This document shows positions 10,597 through 20,148 of a DNA stretch of 64,000 nt, one piece after another (the stretch's first letter is position 1; every line of letters starts with the position of its first letter). Origin of the DNA: a virus (taxonomy: Duplodnaviria > Caudoviricetes); the IMG/VR virus record IMGVR_UViG_2974795854_000001, positions 1-64,000 of that record. One strand, 5' to 3'. Made by a program: the position numbers and the translations under genes. The notes under the pieces are model-generated. The model saw only the letters and a program-made list of their open reading frames with translations, made no database searches and was not told the DNA's origin.

Positions 10597-11397
10597 TTAT
10601 CGTTTAGAAATTTCCTTTGCTACTTGGATACCTTCTTCTGTACCTAAGTACTTAGCGAAGAAATCTAAGTGGTTTTGACCCGAAGGAATTACGCAAATTG
10701 CTGTCTTGTTATCCGTCCACATTACCTTGTTTCCGTCTGCACTAACTTGGATTACTCCTGAGTCAAATGAGTGTTGGGCAAGTGCCATTCTTTGTATATC
10801 TACGTCGTCAAACACGGTAACCTCGCCAGTCTCGCTATCTACGAACCTGTTTAAGTTAGTCTCAACCAAGCTGTAAAGCTCGTTCTTAACTTCTGCAGGC
10901 TCCATTTTAGATGCGCTTAAAGAGTCATTGTTTAATACTGATACGATTAAACGTAGTTCAGTCATTCCAGTTTCTTCTTTAGCTTTTAATCTAATAGCTT
11001 GCTTAACGTCTAATTTGATTTCCTCGATGTCAGCGAACACTTGTGCGTCTGCTGCTGCGTCGATTAGTTCAAATAAGATACCTCTCTTTGGGTGGTTTTC
11101 TAAAAAGTCTTGTGTTGTTTTTTCTGATGCTTTTGTGCTTAAAAGTCCATTAAGGAACACGATTGCTCTAACTACCGCCTTGTCAGATTGCTCGTCTACG
11201 AAGATTGATTTTTCGTTAGGGCAATGTTTGATGGCTCTTGTAGATTGTGATTCCTCATCCCACACAAGTAAGTTGTTGTCTCTACCTGTCTTAATAGTGT
11301 AAGTAAGTGGTTGGAAATTTAGTAGTCTGTATTCTTTTTCTTGTAATACTGTTTTTGATGCTGCTGCTTTTGTAGCTGCTTTTTTTGGTGCTGCCAT
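10597..11397 (-). CDS. conserved hypothetical protein downstream of the major capsid gene
   Basis: 266 aa ORF; AIVFLNGLL..QDFLENHP motif; synteny with crAss-like head modules. Confidence 0.6.
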   Translation of the reverse strand: MAAPKKAATKAAASKTVLQEKEYRLLNFQPLTYTIKTGRDNNLLVWDEESQSTRAIKHCPNEKSIFVDEQSDKAVVRAIVFLNGLLSTKASEKTTQDFLENHPKRGILFELIDAAADAQVFADIEEIKLDVKQAIRLKAKEETGMTELRLIVSVLNNDSLSASKMEPAEVKNELYSLVETNLNRFVDSETGEVTVFDDVDIQRMALAQHSFDSGVIQVSADGNKVMWTDNKTAICVIPSGQNHLDFFAKYLGTEEGIQVAKEISKR

Positions 11398-11433
11398 TTT
11401 GTTCTGTTGAATTAAAGTTAAATTATTGAAATT

Positions 11434-11458
11434 AAAAAAGGGGGCGATTAGACCCCCT
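11434..11458 (-). terminator. intrinsic terminator after the major capsid gene
   Basis: Minus strand AGGGGG-TCTAATCG-CCCCCT followed by a T run. Confidence 0.7.
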
Positions 11459-11466
11459 TAGTTTTA

Positions 11467-12807
11467 TTACTCCCCTTCGAAGATCATGTAGTTGTTTGCA
11501 CCGATGGTACTAACACCTCTGTCCGCTAAGTGGTGAACTCTCATGTGATCGTTACCATCCGTAGGAGCGTTAGTTCCAACAGATCCGGTGATCCATGTTT
11601 TGTGTCTTCTGTTCTCAGAACCTTTAACTCTGTACTTGATAGACAAGTAAGGTTTAGTGATTCTGTCTGCTTGTGGGCTTGAACCGTCGTATACTTCTGT
11701 ATCCCCGTGAGGTACAAGTAAACCACGTACTTTTCCGTTTGCAGGGTCAACTGCTCCTAAAAGTGTTGGGTCATTTAAGATTTTCCAATCAGACTTGTAG
11801 AAGTTATAAGAACCTCTCTTGAATCCTCTGAATCCAAGGTTGATAGCCATTTGCTCGTCGTTATCGAACATACCGTAAGAGATACCTCCTGAGTAACCTG
11901 CGTTTAACTCACCTAGTAAGTCATCGATAGCTAAAGACTGGTCTCTATCTACGTAGAACATGTACTCTCTAATCTTACCTTGTGCATCGAAACGCTTCAA
12001 GATAGTATCGAAATCAGCAATTGTAGTTGCTAATCCTTCGAACATGTTTCCTCTAGTTCTTACAGATTGGAATAGTCCTTCTGAACCATCGTAACCTGCT
12101 GCTCCGGCCTCTGAACCTGCTTCTGCAGACTCACCTTGTAATAGACCCATTTCGATCCTGTCTTCGAACCTACGTCTACCATCTAGCTCTGATTGTAGAT
12201 ACCAAACGAAACCTCCGTTATCTGTCTCAATCCAAGAATCTTGTGTAACTTCCGATCCATTCGCCAAGTAGTTATCTCTTGCGATGATAGTCTTGTTGTT
12301 AAGAACCGTGAAGTCAGTCTCAAGGCTTCCGTCCATAGGGCCAGATCCTTTTAAGAACTCTGTGTGAGAGATAAACGCTTTGATTCCAGTTGCACCTACA
12401 GACCATCCTGCCGCTTTGTACGGTAATGCTGTAAATGTATTAGGTGTGATAGCTGAAATACGTCCAAGTTGGAAAGATCCGTTACCTGAACAAGCTACTA
12501 CTTCACCTATTCTGAATACGTGACCTGCTTGTGTGAAGACGTTACCTGTACGAGCTACTGACTCGTAAGATGTATGTAAACGTCCTTTCTCCGTCCAGAT
12601 GTATTGATCCGAAGAAATTGCTTCCTCGCTACCAAGGTTGAAAATCATACCTGTAAGAGACTGGTCTCCATAGATAGATACCAACTCCTCGTATGCGTCT
12701 GGGGCGAATTGATTAGTGTAATCAAATACGTCGATGTAGTTAGTTTGGCTAGGTGCCTTAACTGAACTAGGCGAAATTTGATAGCTTGGTACTGTTGTTA
12801 ATGCCAT
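11467..12807 (-). CDS. major capsid protein (crAss-like HK97 fold), 446 aa
   Basis: SDQYIWTEKGRLH, RFEDRIEMGLL, GSEGLFQSV..RGN, NLGFRGFKRGSYNFYK; downstream of portal and scaffold, followed by a terminator. Confidence 0.9.
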   Translation of the reverse strand: MALTTVPSYQISPSSVKAPSQTNYIDVFDYTNQFAPDAYEELVSIYGDQSLTGMIFNLGSEEAISSDQYIWTEKGRLHTSYESVARTGNVFTQAGHVFRIGEVVACSGNGSFQLGRISAITPNTFTALPYKAAGWSVGATGIKAFISHTEFLKGSGPMDGSLETDFTVLNNKTIIARDNYLANGSEVTQDSWIETDNGGFVWYLQSELDGRRRFEDRIEMGLLQGESAEAGSEAGAAGYDGSEGLFQSVRTRGNMFEGLATTIADFDTILKRFDAQGKIREYMFYVDRDQSLAIDDLLGELNAGYSGGISYGMFDNDEQMAINLGFRGFKRGSYNFYKSDWKILNDPTLLGAVDPANGKVRGLLVPHGDTEVYDGSSPQADRITKPYLSIKYRVKGSENRRHKTWITGSVGTNAPTDGNDHMRVHHLADRGVSTIGANNYMIFEGE

Positions 12808-12836
12808 TTTTGTTATTTGTTATTTGGTTGTGTTTC

Positions 12837-14051
12837 TTACTTTTTTCGTTTGAAACGTAATTTAGAGCCTTGTCTACCTCCTGTTATGTTGTTTACAACA
12901 CTTTCTATATTACCTTTCTTTGTTGTCGGCTTTACCGGAGTAGGGGTTCCATCTATTGTGATGTTAGCTCCTACTTTAATTTGTCCTTCTTTTCCTGATT
13001 CAACTCCTTGATTATAAGCAGCTTGTATCATAGCGTCGAAATTTGTTACTTTTGCAACATCTTTAACTACATTAGCGTGATTGTAAGAACCATCTTCATT
13101 ATACCAATGGGGCATCTCTGCGACCATTTTAGGTAAATTTCTTTTAGTCTCCTCGGGGATGTTGTATTTTAACGTCATTCCCTCTTTCAAATTCAGCTCT
13201 ATAGCTTCAAGAGATTGAGATTGTTTTGAAATGTTCAAGTTATAATCCTCAGTAGCTTTTGCACTAGCCGCTTGGGTATCCTTAAACTGATTAGCAAAAT
13301 TGATAGCCTCTTGTTGCTCTTTTGTCAGACTAGCTTGTTTATTACCCTTAGGTAAATTAACTTTACTAGACTCTAACTTTTCTCGTCCTTCTTTGGCGAA
13401 CTTCTTAAGATTTATGTTTTTACGCATTTTATCTCCGTCGTCGTCATAGTTCTCATCGTAAATATAGTCTTTTAATGAATACTCTATTTCTTCGTCTGTG
13501 AAGTTTGGAAACTCTTGGGATAGAATCTCTCTAGCCACGTCCAAGTCCTTCATACTTGAAAAATCTTTATTGTATTCAGACCACTCTGATAAGTTTAAAC
13601 CTGTGTCTTCTTTCCACTTTAAAAGTGCTTCTACCTCCGGATCAACTTCCTTCTGTTTAAGATCGTCTACACTACTAATACTTCTACCTAGCCTCTCGCT
13701 CAATAATGATAATAGTGTTTCTTCTGTAACTTCTGGTGTAACCTCAGGAGTTTCTACTGGTTTAGGAACTTCTGGTTTTACTTCCACCGGCGGAACTGGG
13801 TCTGCAATTCCCGTTTCTACTGGTGGTATATTATTTGTAGGCTCTACTACTGTAGGCTCTACTATTTTTTCTACTGGTGGTGTAGGCTCTACTACTGTAG
13901 GCTCTACTGTTGGTGTAGGCTCTACCGTTGGTGCAGGCTCTACTGTTGGCTCTACTGGTGGTGTTGGTTCACCAGAAGGAGCTTTAGAAATACCTGATAT
14001 AATAGATGCTGCTCTACTTAGGTTATCTCCTTGTTTTTTGAAAAATGCCAT
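12837..14051 (-). CDS. putative capsid scaffolding protein with VEPT repeats
   Basis: Acidic, helical protein directly upstream of the MCP, with N-terminal PTVEP low-complexity repeats. Confidence 0.65.
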   Translation of the reverse strand: MAFFKKQGDNLSRAASIISGISKAPSGEPTPPVEPTVEPAPTVEPTPTVEPTVVEPTPPVEKIVEPTVVEPTNNIPPVETGIADPVPPVEVKPEVPKPVETPEVTPEVTEETLLSLLSERLGRSISSVDDLKQKEVDPEVEALLKWKEDTGLNLSEWSEYNKDFSSMKDLDVAREILSQEFPNFTDEEIEYSLKDYIYDENYDDDGDKMRKNINLKKFAKEGREKLESSKVNLPKGNKQASLTKEQQEAINFANQFKDTQAASAKATEDYNLNISKQSQSLEAIELNLKEGMTLKYNIPEETKRNLPKMVAEMPHWYNEDGSYNHANVVKDVAKVTNFDAMIQAAYNQGVESGKEGQIKVGANITIDGTPTPVKPTTKKGNIESVVNNITGGRQGSKLRFKRKK

Positions 14052-14082
14052 ATTGAATTGAATTTAGTTTGAAACTACCTTA

Positions 14083-14090
14083 CAAAGATA
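14083..14090 (-). promoter_or_regulatory. -7 promoter element TATCTTTG for scaffold/MCP
   Basis: Consensus TAnnTTTG about 32 nt upstream of the 14051 start. Confidence 0.55.
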
Positions 14091-14113
14091 GTAATTATTA
14101 TATATGCTTTTTT

Positions 14114-16600
14114 TTATGCTGTAAAGTCGTCCATTCCTAAGTCACCTGTGATACTAGTGTTACCGGATCTGAAATCGATGGCCTCTCCTCCACCTTCTTT
14201 ACTTTGCTCTGACTTAATCTTAGACTGCTGTGTTGCTTGTATCTTAGTTCTTTCGTCCTTTCTGTCTTCCTTGTATTTCTCCAAGTTTTTAGTGTTCTTA
14301 TCAAGTTCTACTTGAATACCTGTTTGGTAGAAATATTCGTCTGACATAAGTAACCTCTTAGCCTCTAGCTCTCCGTTAGTTTTAAGCTCCGCACTCTCTC
14401 TCTCTAATAATAGTATTTGCTTCTTAAAGTCGAACTCCATTGACATTTCACTTTGCTTAGCTTCCGCTGCTGCTTGAGCACCCTTAGCAGATGCTTCTCC
14501 GTTAGCTTCAATTTTTTCAAGCTCTCTCTTGTGATTTTCCTCTATGTTCTTCTTCTTTCTTATTTTAAGCATTTCATTAGCTAGGGTAATATTCCCTATT
14601 CTTCTAATGTCAATACCATCTACTGTAGAAAGTCCACCTGCAGCAATCTCGGCCTGTATGTTATTCTCTAACATGGCTCTATCTTGTGCGTCTGGTTTAA
14701 GCTTAATAGTAATACCAAAATCGTGTAAGTGAAGGTTTTGTATAGACTTCAATACATCCACATTAACTTTACCTATAGAATTTATGTAAGCTTTCTTAAG
14801 ATTAGAATACTTGAAAATATCCTTTAGTCTCAATGAAAGTCCATTGGCTAAGTACTGTGTTATTTTAAGTTGAGAATCTAGGATGTACCTAGTCGCAACG
14901 TTGGATTTATTTTGTTGTGCTTCTAAAGCTCCGTTAGAAGTTCTAGGGTCTGGTAAAGTACCGTCGGCACCTTGGCCTATACCAATAGCTTCTCTGAATA
15001 AGTTCAAATGGAAGTTGTAAGAGTTCATTAATTGCTCTAAACCTGCCATACCACCGTTACTAAGCTCTTTAATAGGCATAGCTCCGTTATTATAGTTACC
15101 ATCCGCTAACTTAGAAGTACCTAAAAGGTTACCCGTTTCATCGTAGTACCTGATTAAGTCTAAAGGCCCGAAGGTGTTACCCTCTCCCATATCTAATTCT
15201 TGTAGTCCGTCAACATCTATCCATATTCCGTTAGGTTTAGCCTTGGCAATGAATTGTTGTATCTTAACTTGAATTTGTTGTAATTGGTCTATGTATTGAG
15301 TAACTCTCCCAACTAAAGATTGGATACGTCCTTGGTATAATTCCGGTGCGTATACAACGTAGTTAGACATAACTTTATTGTTTATGTATCCCTCTGGTCT
15401 AAGCATGTTAGTACACTCTCCATAGTTGAATAATAAATCTGTACCTATTACTAAAGAACCTTCGTACCATACTTCATCCACATTCTCTAGGATGTCGTAC
15501 TCTTTAAATCCTTGTTTTTCTTCTTTGTCTAGAATACTTTGAGGTTTGATATAATCAGAAGGTTTTTCTATTATTGAGAATCCTCCGTTTTTCTTATACT
15601 TCTTTTTGTATTTAGTTACCTTAGTCGTCTTGAATGTGAAGTCTAATACATCTACTTGGTAGTTTGTTAAATCCTCACCTCTGTACCAGAACTCATTAGA
15701 TATTTTATTATATGCACCCCATTCTTTTGAAACGTTTGCATATTTTTTAAGCTCGTCTTGAGAGAACTTCTTACCTGATAATCTTTGTACTTCGTTAAGT
15801 GTCAACCTTCTAGCTGATCCGTAGTAGTATACATTTTCAAAATTACTCCTTGTTGGGTAAGACCAAACCATATCCGCAGGGTCTCTATACTCAGCAACTA
15901 TTCCTTTTGTAGGGTCAGTTCTGTGGTGCATAGCGGCCACGCCGATCTCTGTCAAATCTTTCAACATCATTTTTTGAGTCTCATCGTACTCGTTTAACTC
16001 TAAGGTGTATTTTAAAGCTTGTTCTATAGCTACCTCAATGGCAGGCTTATAGTTAAGATTCATATGAAGGTCTAGCTCTTCATTACTGTCAGGTATTTCT
16101 CCTATTCCCTCTGGGGATAAGTCTATACCTAGTAAATTTTTAGCGTCTTCTAACATAGGTTTTGCAACCATGTTCTTTTGAAGTATGTCTTTATACTCGT
16201 CTCTTAAGCCTTGTGAAATTCCGTCAACAGCTTGGGCATCTATTTCATATAGACGCTCTAGCATTTGGTTTACTACTAACTTAATAAATTTAGGAAGTAT
16301 TTGAATAGGTCTCCAATCGTAATTGGTATAAGACTCTCCATCTACTCCATCTGAAATAAGTTTCTTAGTTAATCCGGTATCGTGTTCACCTCTAGCGTAC
16401 TTTCTAAGCTCGTGGAACTTAGCTTGCTTATCATAAAACTGGCTATCCGTGCCTCCTGATTTAATAAAGAACCATTCGTGTTCTATTAACTTACCGAACT
16501 TCAAACCATACTCTTCACTTCCTTTTTCTTCGGAAGATGCGAAAGGGTCTGGCTGAGTTCTGTGAGCTGCCATTTTAAGGCTTTTACTTTTATTATTCAT
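14114..16600 (-). CDS. portal protein (crAss-like), 828 aa
   Basis: LRKYARGE, DWRPIQILPKFIKLVVN, QIQVKIQQFIAKAKPNGIWIDVDGL, YYDETG; between TerL and scaffold. Confidence 0.9.
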   Translation of the reverse strand: MNNKSKSLKMAAHRTQPDPFASSEEKGSEEYGLKFGKLIEHEWFFIKSGGTDSQFYDKQAKFHELRKYARGEHDTGLTKKLISDGVDGESYTNYDWRPIQILPKFIKLVVNQMLERLYEIDAQAVDGISQGLRDEYKDILQKNMVAKPMLEDAKNLLGIDLSPEGIGEIPDSNEELDLHMNLNYKPAIEVAIEQALKYTLELNEYDETQKMMLKDLTEIGVAAMHHRTDPTKGIVAEYRDPADMVWSYPTRSNFENVYYYGSARRLTLNEVQRLSGKKFSQDELKKYANVSKEWGAYNKISNEFWYRGEDLTNYQVDVLDFTFKTTKVTKYKKKYKKNGGFSIIEKPSDYIKPQSILDKEEKQGFKEYDILENVDEVWYEGSLVIGTDLLFNYGECTNMLRPEGYINNKVMSNYVVYAPELYQGRIQSLVGRVTQYIDQLQQIQVKIQQFIAKAKPNGIWIDVDGLQELDMGEGNTFGPLDLIRYYDETGNLLGTSKLADGNYNNGAMPIKELSNGGMAGLEQLMNSYNFHLNLFREAIGIGQGADGTLPDPRTSNGALEAQQNKSNVATRYILDSQLKITQYLANGLSLRLKDIFKYSNLKKAYINSIGKVNVDVLKSIQNLHLHDFGITIKLKPDAQDRAMLENNIQAEIAAGGLSTVDGIDIRRIGNITLANEMLKIRKKKNIEENHKRELEKIEANGEASAKGAQAAAEAKQSEMSMEFDFKKQILLLERESAELKTNGELEAKRLLMSDEYFYQTGIQVELDKNTKNLEKYKEDRKDERTKIQATQQSKIKSEQSKEGGGEAIDFRSGNTSITGDLGMDDFTA

Positions 16601-16604
16601 CTAT

Positions 16605-19244
16605 CTATTTTATAAGTGTACTGGTGTGACCCGTGTTTCTATATTTTCTTATCAAAGATACGTTTTTTTCCTTATCATTCTTTTTCTCGATAGGGTTGTA
16701 TCTCTCTCGTTGACATCCCATTATGGCTAATCCACTAGAGATGGTTGCATCATGGGCAGTTCTAGCACTTGGATTGAATATCATCCAGTCTGAAATAGTG
16801 TCGTTAAAGACCATGTTACCCATGTCTCCCTCCGGTCTGTATTTTATACCTTCTGGCGCTGTACTAACTCCTACGTGACATTGTATAAAAGTTCTAATAC
16901 AGTTTTCGTGAGTATCTAAAATATCCTTACTCTGCATTGGCTGTCCTCCTAATACTAAATCATCTCCGTCTAGTTTCTTCTTATCTACTCTATTCATTGA
17001 GAATGGTCTAGATCTGTTAGAGTAAATGTATCTAACAAAATCTCTCCTGTTGTTCTCTGCTAATATAGGTAGTCCGTAGAACCATGCCGCCATAAATATA
17101 TCTTCGTTAAATATGTCCTGTGTTGCAGGCCTATCTAAGTATTCAAAGAAGAAGAAGTTTGTCGGAACTCCATGTGCGTTAGGTTTAGAGTACCCGTGGG
17201 CAGCTCCTTTAGACGCTTTATTTTTACCTTGTACGTATGAACCAAAACAATCGACTCCTATACAACCGTAGTCGTTCATTGGAGTGTATAAGTTTCTTAC
17301 AGACTTTACATTATTTCTAAGGTGGTCTGTGTTATCTCCTTTGTTCGGCATCCAAGCTATCTTGAACCTACCTCTATCATCCGGTATAAACTCTACCTTA
17401 GAGAATCTTACGTCATTTTCCCATTTGAAATTACCTCTAACGTATTGACTCTTAACAATAGACACCTCTTCGTTGTTATCCCATTGGTCAGTAAGTTTAG
17501 TAAGGTTGAATACACACTCATCTGCCTCATCCCTCATAGCGTGAGATTCGGTCATAGGGAATGCTCTGTATGCTGCGTTAAGAGCTACATCATCTGTATT
17601 CTTTGCATCATTGTACATCTCTTTAATAGCCTGTATAGAACCTTTAAGTATTGGCTCTCCGAACACGTTAAGGGTTCCTTTTGGAGGAGTTTCTTCCCAA
17701 CACTTACCATATTTATCAATACAGTTTTCGTAGTTGGTGTGCGCTCCCATAAAGTAAGAGTACAATTTAGTTGAGGTAAACCCTGACTCTTGCCTCTCTG
17801 AGACCTTAGAGTTTCTATAAAGTATTTTAAAATCTTCACCACCGGCATTTAATTTACCCATAGTAGACCCTAAGAATACTTTACCCACTACTCTACCACC
17901 ACGGAAGGTTGTAGGTAATAGTGTACCTAAGTGTTCTATGTAACTTGCTCTATCCCATTTAGCTGATTCATCCCCAATATACAACTTCATGTGTCTACCA
18001 TCATAGGCCTTAACCTTGGTAGCCTCGAAGTCGGTCATACTGTTCACATAACCATCTGTAGTTGTATCTTTTTTCTTTTTCTCGTCCTTACTAGAGTTTG
18101 ATGGCTTACCAAAAGCTAAGTTAGTAGGAGAATCGACTTTACCTTTATAAATAGGTTGGAAGAAGAACGGCCATTCTTGAAACGTATAAGACATCTTACC
18201 AAAGGCTACTCTGGCATCATCATCCGTCATCGAAGTCAATCCTGTTCTGGCTCCTATAACCCTAGTTACTAATTCTAAAGAATCTGACATCATCCCATAA
18301 GTATACCCCGTTTGACGAGACTTAAGGAATATTTGACCCATAGACCTAGAATCTACGTAGCAGGCCTCTTTATGGTAGTAAAGTAAAAGTTGAGCATGTC
18401 TATAAGTAGGGTATATCTGGTCATCAAACATCTTTCCCCATTGTAATTGCATCCAATGTCTAGGAGACAACCAAGTAGGTTTTCCGTTGTTGTAGAACCA
18501 AAGACCTTCTCTTCTTATCCTAAACTGCTCTAATATGTATTCTGTAAAAGGCTCGGCATTGTCAGGGGTAAGGCCTTTAGGCAACTCTTCCCTTCTCCAA
18601 TACTGATCTTCTTTCTTTTTATCGTGAAATCTTATTTTCTTTCTGTCTCTAGGTGGTAGTGGTAGTTGAACCCGTAGTCCATCTAACTCTATAATCTCAC
18701 CTCTAGAACCTTTTGGGTCAATAACTACTGCGTCGTCCTCTTCATTATACCACTTTTTATAGTAGTTTTCTAGAGGGAAAAACTCTCCGTATGCAAACTT
18801 TTCTGCAAACCCTCTGGTAAATTCTGCCTCTTTTAAGATTACTTTACCTGTTTCAAACTGGTGCCTAAGTTCTATTAATGAAGAATCTAACTCGGTTATA
18901 GAGTTAAGTATCAGTAACTTAGTCTGGGCAGCTAGCTTATGCTTGTGGGCATCTAACAAGTCGTAATCGATCTTTGCTACTAATGCCTTCCTTAAAGTCT
19001 TAAGTGAGGACTCTCCTGAATTTATTAACTTCTCTACGTAGTTTGTAAACTTTTTATCCGATGGAGAATTTGGACTATTTACCCATTTAGAAAGTAACTC
19101 CTTAGCTGTTTTGAATGATGTTAATTTTGACTCCATGGCAGCCTTAACCTTATCAGGCTCTATGGCATCTACTACCATCTGATAATCTAGACCCTCTATA
19201 ACTATGTCTAGTGCTAATTCTATGTCATGGCTTAATCCTATCAT
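16605..19244 (-). CDS. terL: terminase large subunit with long N-terminal extension, 879 aa
   Basis: Walker A-like LKSRQTGYT, Walker B LYIGDESAKW, nuclease GVDC, HDATISSGLA. Confidence 0.9.
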   Translation of the reverse strand: MIGLSHDIELALDIVIEGLDYQMVVDAIEPDKVKAAMESKLTSFKTAKELLSKWVNSPNSPSDKKFTNYVEKLINSGESSLKTLRKALVAKIDYDLLDAHKHKLAAQTKLLILNSITELDSSLIELRHQFETGKVILKEAEFTRGFAEKFAYGEFFPLENYYKKWYNEEDDAVVIDPKGSRGEIIELDGLRVQLPLPPRDRKKIRFHDKKKEDQYWRREELPKGLTPDNAEPFTEYILEQFRIRREGLWFYNNGKPTWLSPRHWMQLQWGKMFDDQIYPTYRHAQLLLYYHKEACYVDSRSMGQIFLKSRQTGYTYGMMSDSLELVTRVIGARTGLTSMTDDDARVAFGKMSYTFQEWPFFFQPIYKGKVDSPTNLAFGKPSNSSKDEKKKKDTTTDGYVNSMTDFEATKVKAYDGRHMKLYIGDESAKWDRASYIEHLGTLLPTTFRGGRVVGKVFLGSTMGKLNAGGEDFKILYRNSKVSERQESGFTSTKLYSYFMGAHTNYENCIDKYGKCWEETPPKGTLNVFGEPILKGSIQAIKEMYNDAKNTDDVALNAAYRAFPMTESHAMRDEADECVFNLTKLTDQWDNNEEVSIVKSQYVRGNFKWENDVRFSKVEFIPDDRGRFKIAWMPNKGDNTDHLRNNVKSVRNLYTPMNDYGCIGVDCFGSYVQGKNKASKGAAHGYSKPNAHGVPTNFFFFEYLDRPATQDIFNEDIFMAAWFYGLPILAENNRRDFVRYIYSNRSRPFSMNRVDKKKLDGDDLVLGGQPMQSKDILDTHENCIRTFIQCHVGVSTAPEGIKYRPEGDMGNMVFNDTISDWMIFNPSARTAHDATISSGLAIMGCQRERYNPIEKKNDKEKNVSLIRKYRNTGHTSTLIK

Positions 19245-19825
19245 ATAACTGCTAAAATGTCGTTAGTTCTCATTTTATAATGTAGTACACCCTTAATCAT
19301 GTACTCGTGTTCTGAATCTTGTTGAAAAGCTACTTTATCCCCTGCCTTAACTCCTTTATCTAAGAGCTCTCTGTTTGGATAGGCCATTATTCCCACTAGA
19401 GGAACCATGCCTTTGTACTCTTCTTCTATCACCCTTAGTCCGTTATCTAGAACCTTAGGCTCGGATTCTATAGGCCTTACAAATACGAAAGGGTCTATAG
19501 CTTTCCAATCACTATCACCCTCACTCATGTACATAAATATCTCTTCTGTCGGAACGTAGTATTCATTCTCGGTGATCGAGTACTCGCTAGGCTTCCTTTT
19601 TCCTTTGAGGCCCCAAGACTTTCTGCAGATGTTGTGGTGAAATAAAACTAAGTCTCCCTCTTTGACTAGAGCGCCTTTAGGGGAACTTACTACTTTTCCT
19701 ACTCTGTTAATGTGCTCTACACTCTCTATTGAGTTGTTTACGGCCATTGTTTGAGAGTCGTTTAGTTCCACGTGGTTGTTATAAGAATTTTCCACGTGTA
19801 CTATAAAATATATGGTTGCTTTCAT
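19241..19825 (-). CDS. co-chaperonin GroES-like protein with two tandem Cpn10 domains
   Basis: GKVVSSPKGALVKEGDLVLFHH and GVKAGDKVAF...YKMRTNDILAVI. Confidence 0.75.
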   Translation of the reverse strand: MKATIYFIVHVENSYNNHVELNDSQTMAVNNSIESVEHINRVGKVVSSPKGALVKEGDLVLFHHNICRKSWGLKGKRKPSEYSITENEYYVPTEEIFMYMSEGDSDWKAIDPFVFVRPIESEPKVLDNGLRVIEEEYKGMVPLVGIMAYPNRELLDKGVKAGDKVAFQQDSEHEYMIKGVLHYKMRTNDILAVI

Positions 19826-19826
19826 A

Positions 19827-20069
19827 TTACTTAAAGTTTACATCGTATTCAAATTCTATCACTTTACTATATGGTATTGTCTTCCATATAACTGTGGTTT
19901 TACCATTGTCTGCAGTGACGTAAATATCTATGTATCCTTTATTTTCTTCTTCCTCTATAATGTCAGTAATTTCTACTGAACGTCCTAAGTATTTTATAGT
20001 TTTTACGTAAGCTATACAGTTAGAGAAATTATCTCCTACTGTTATTTTTCTAAATTGTTTCGTTGCCAT
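19827..20069 (-). CDS. hypothetical protein
   Basis: 80 aa ORF tightly packed before the GroES-like gene. Confidence 0.6.
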   Translation of the reverse strand: MATKQFRKITVGDNFSNCIAYVKTIKYLGRSVEITDIIEEEENKGYIDIYVTADNGKTTVIWKTIPYSKVIEFEYDVNFK

Positions 20070-20098
20070 TGTTAGATTTTATTAAATTAATACTTATA

Positions 20099-20106
20099 CA
20101 AATATA
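20099..20106 (-). promoter_or_regulatory. -7 promoter element TATATTTG for the terminase/portal operon
   Basis: Consensus element about 30 nt upstream of the 20069 start. Confidence 0.55.
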
Positions 20107-20148
20107 AAGAAAATCGCCTTACACTAATATTATGTGCTCGGCGACTCG

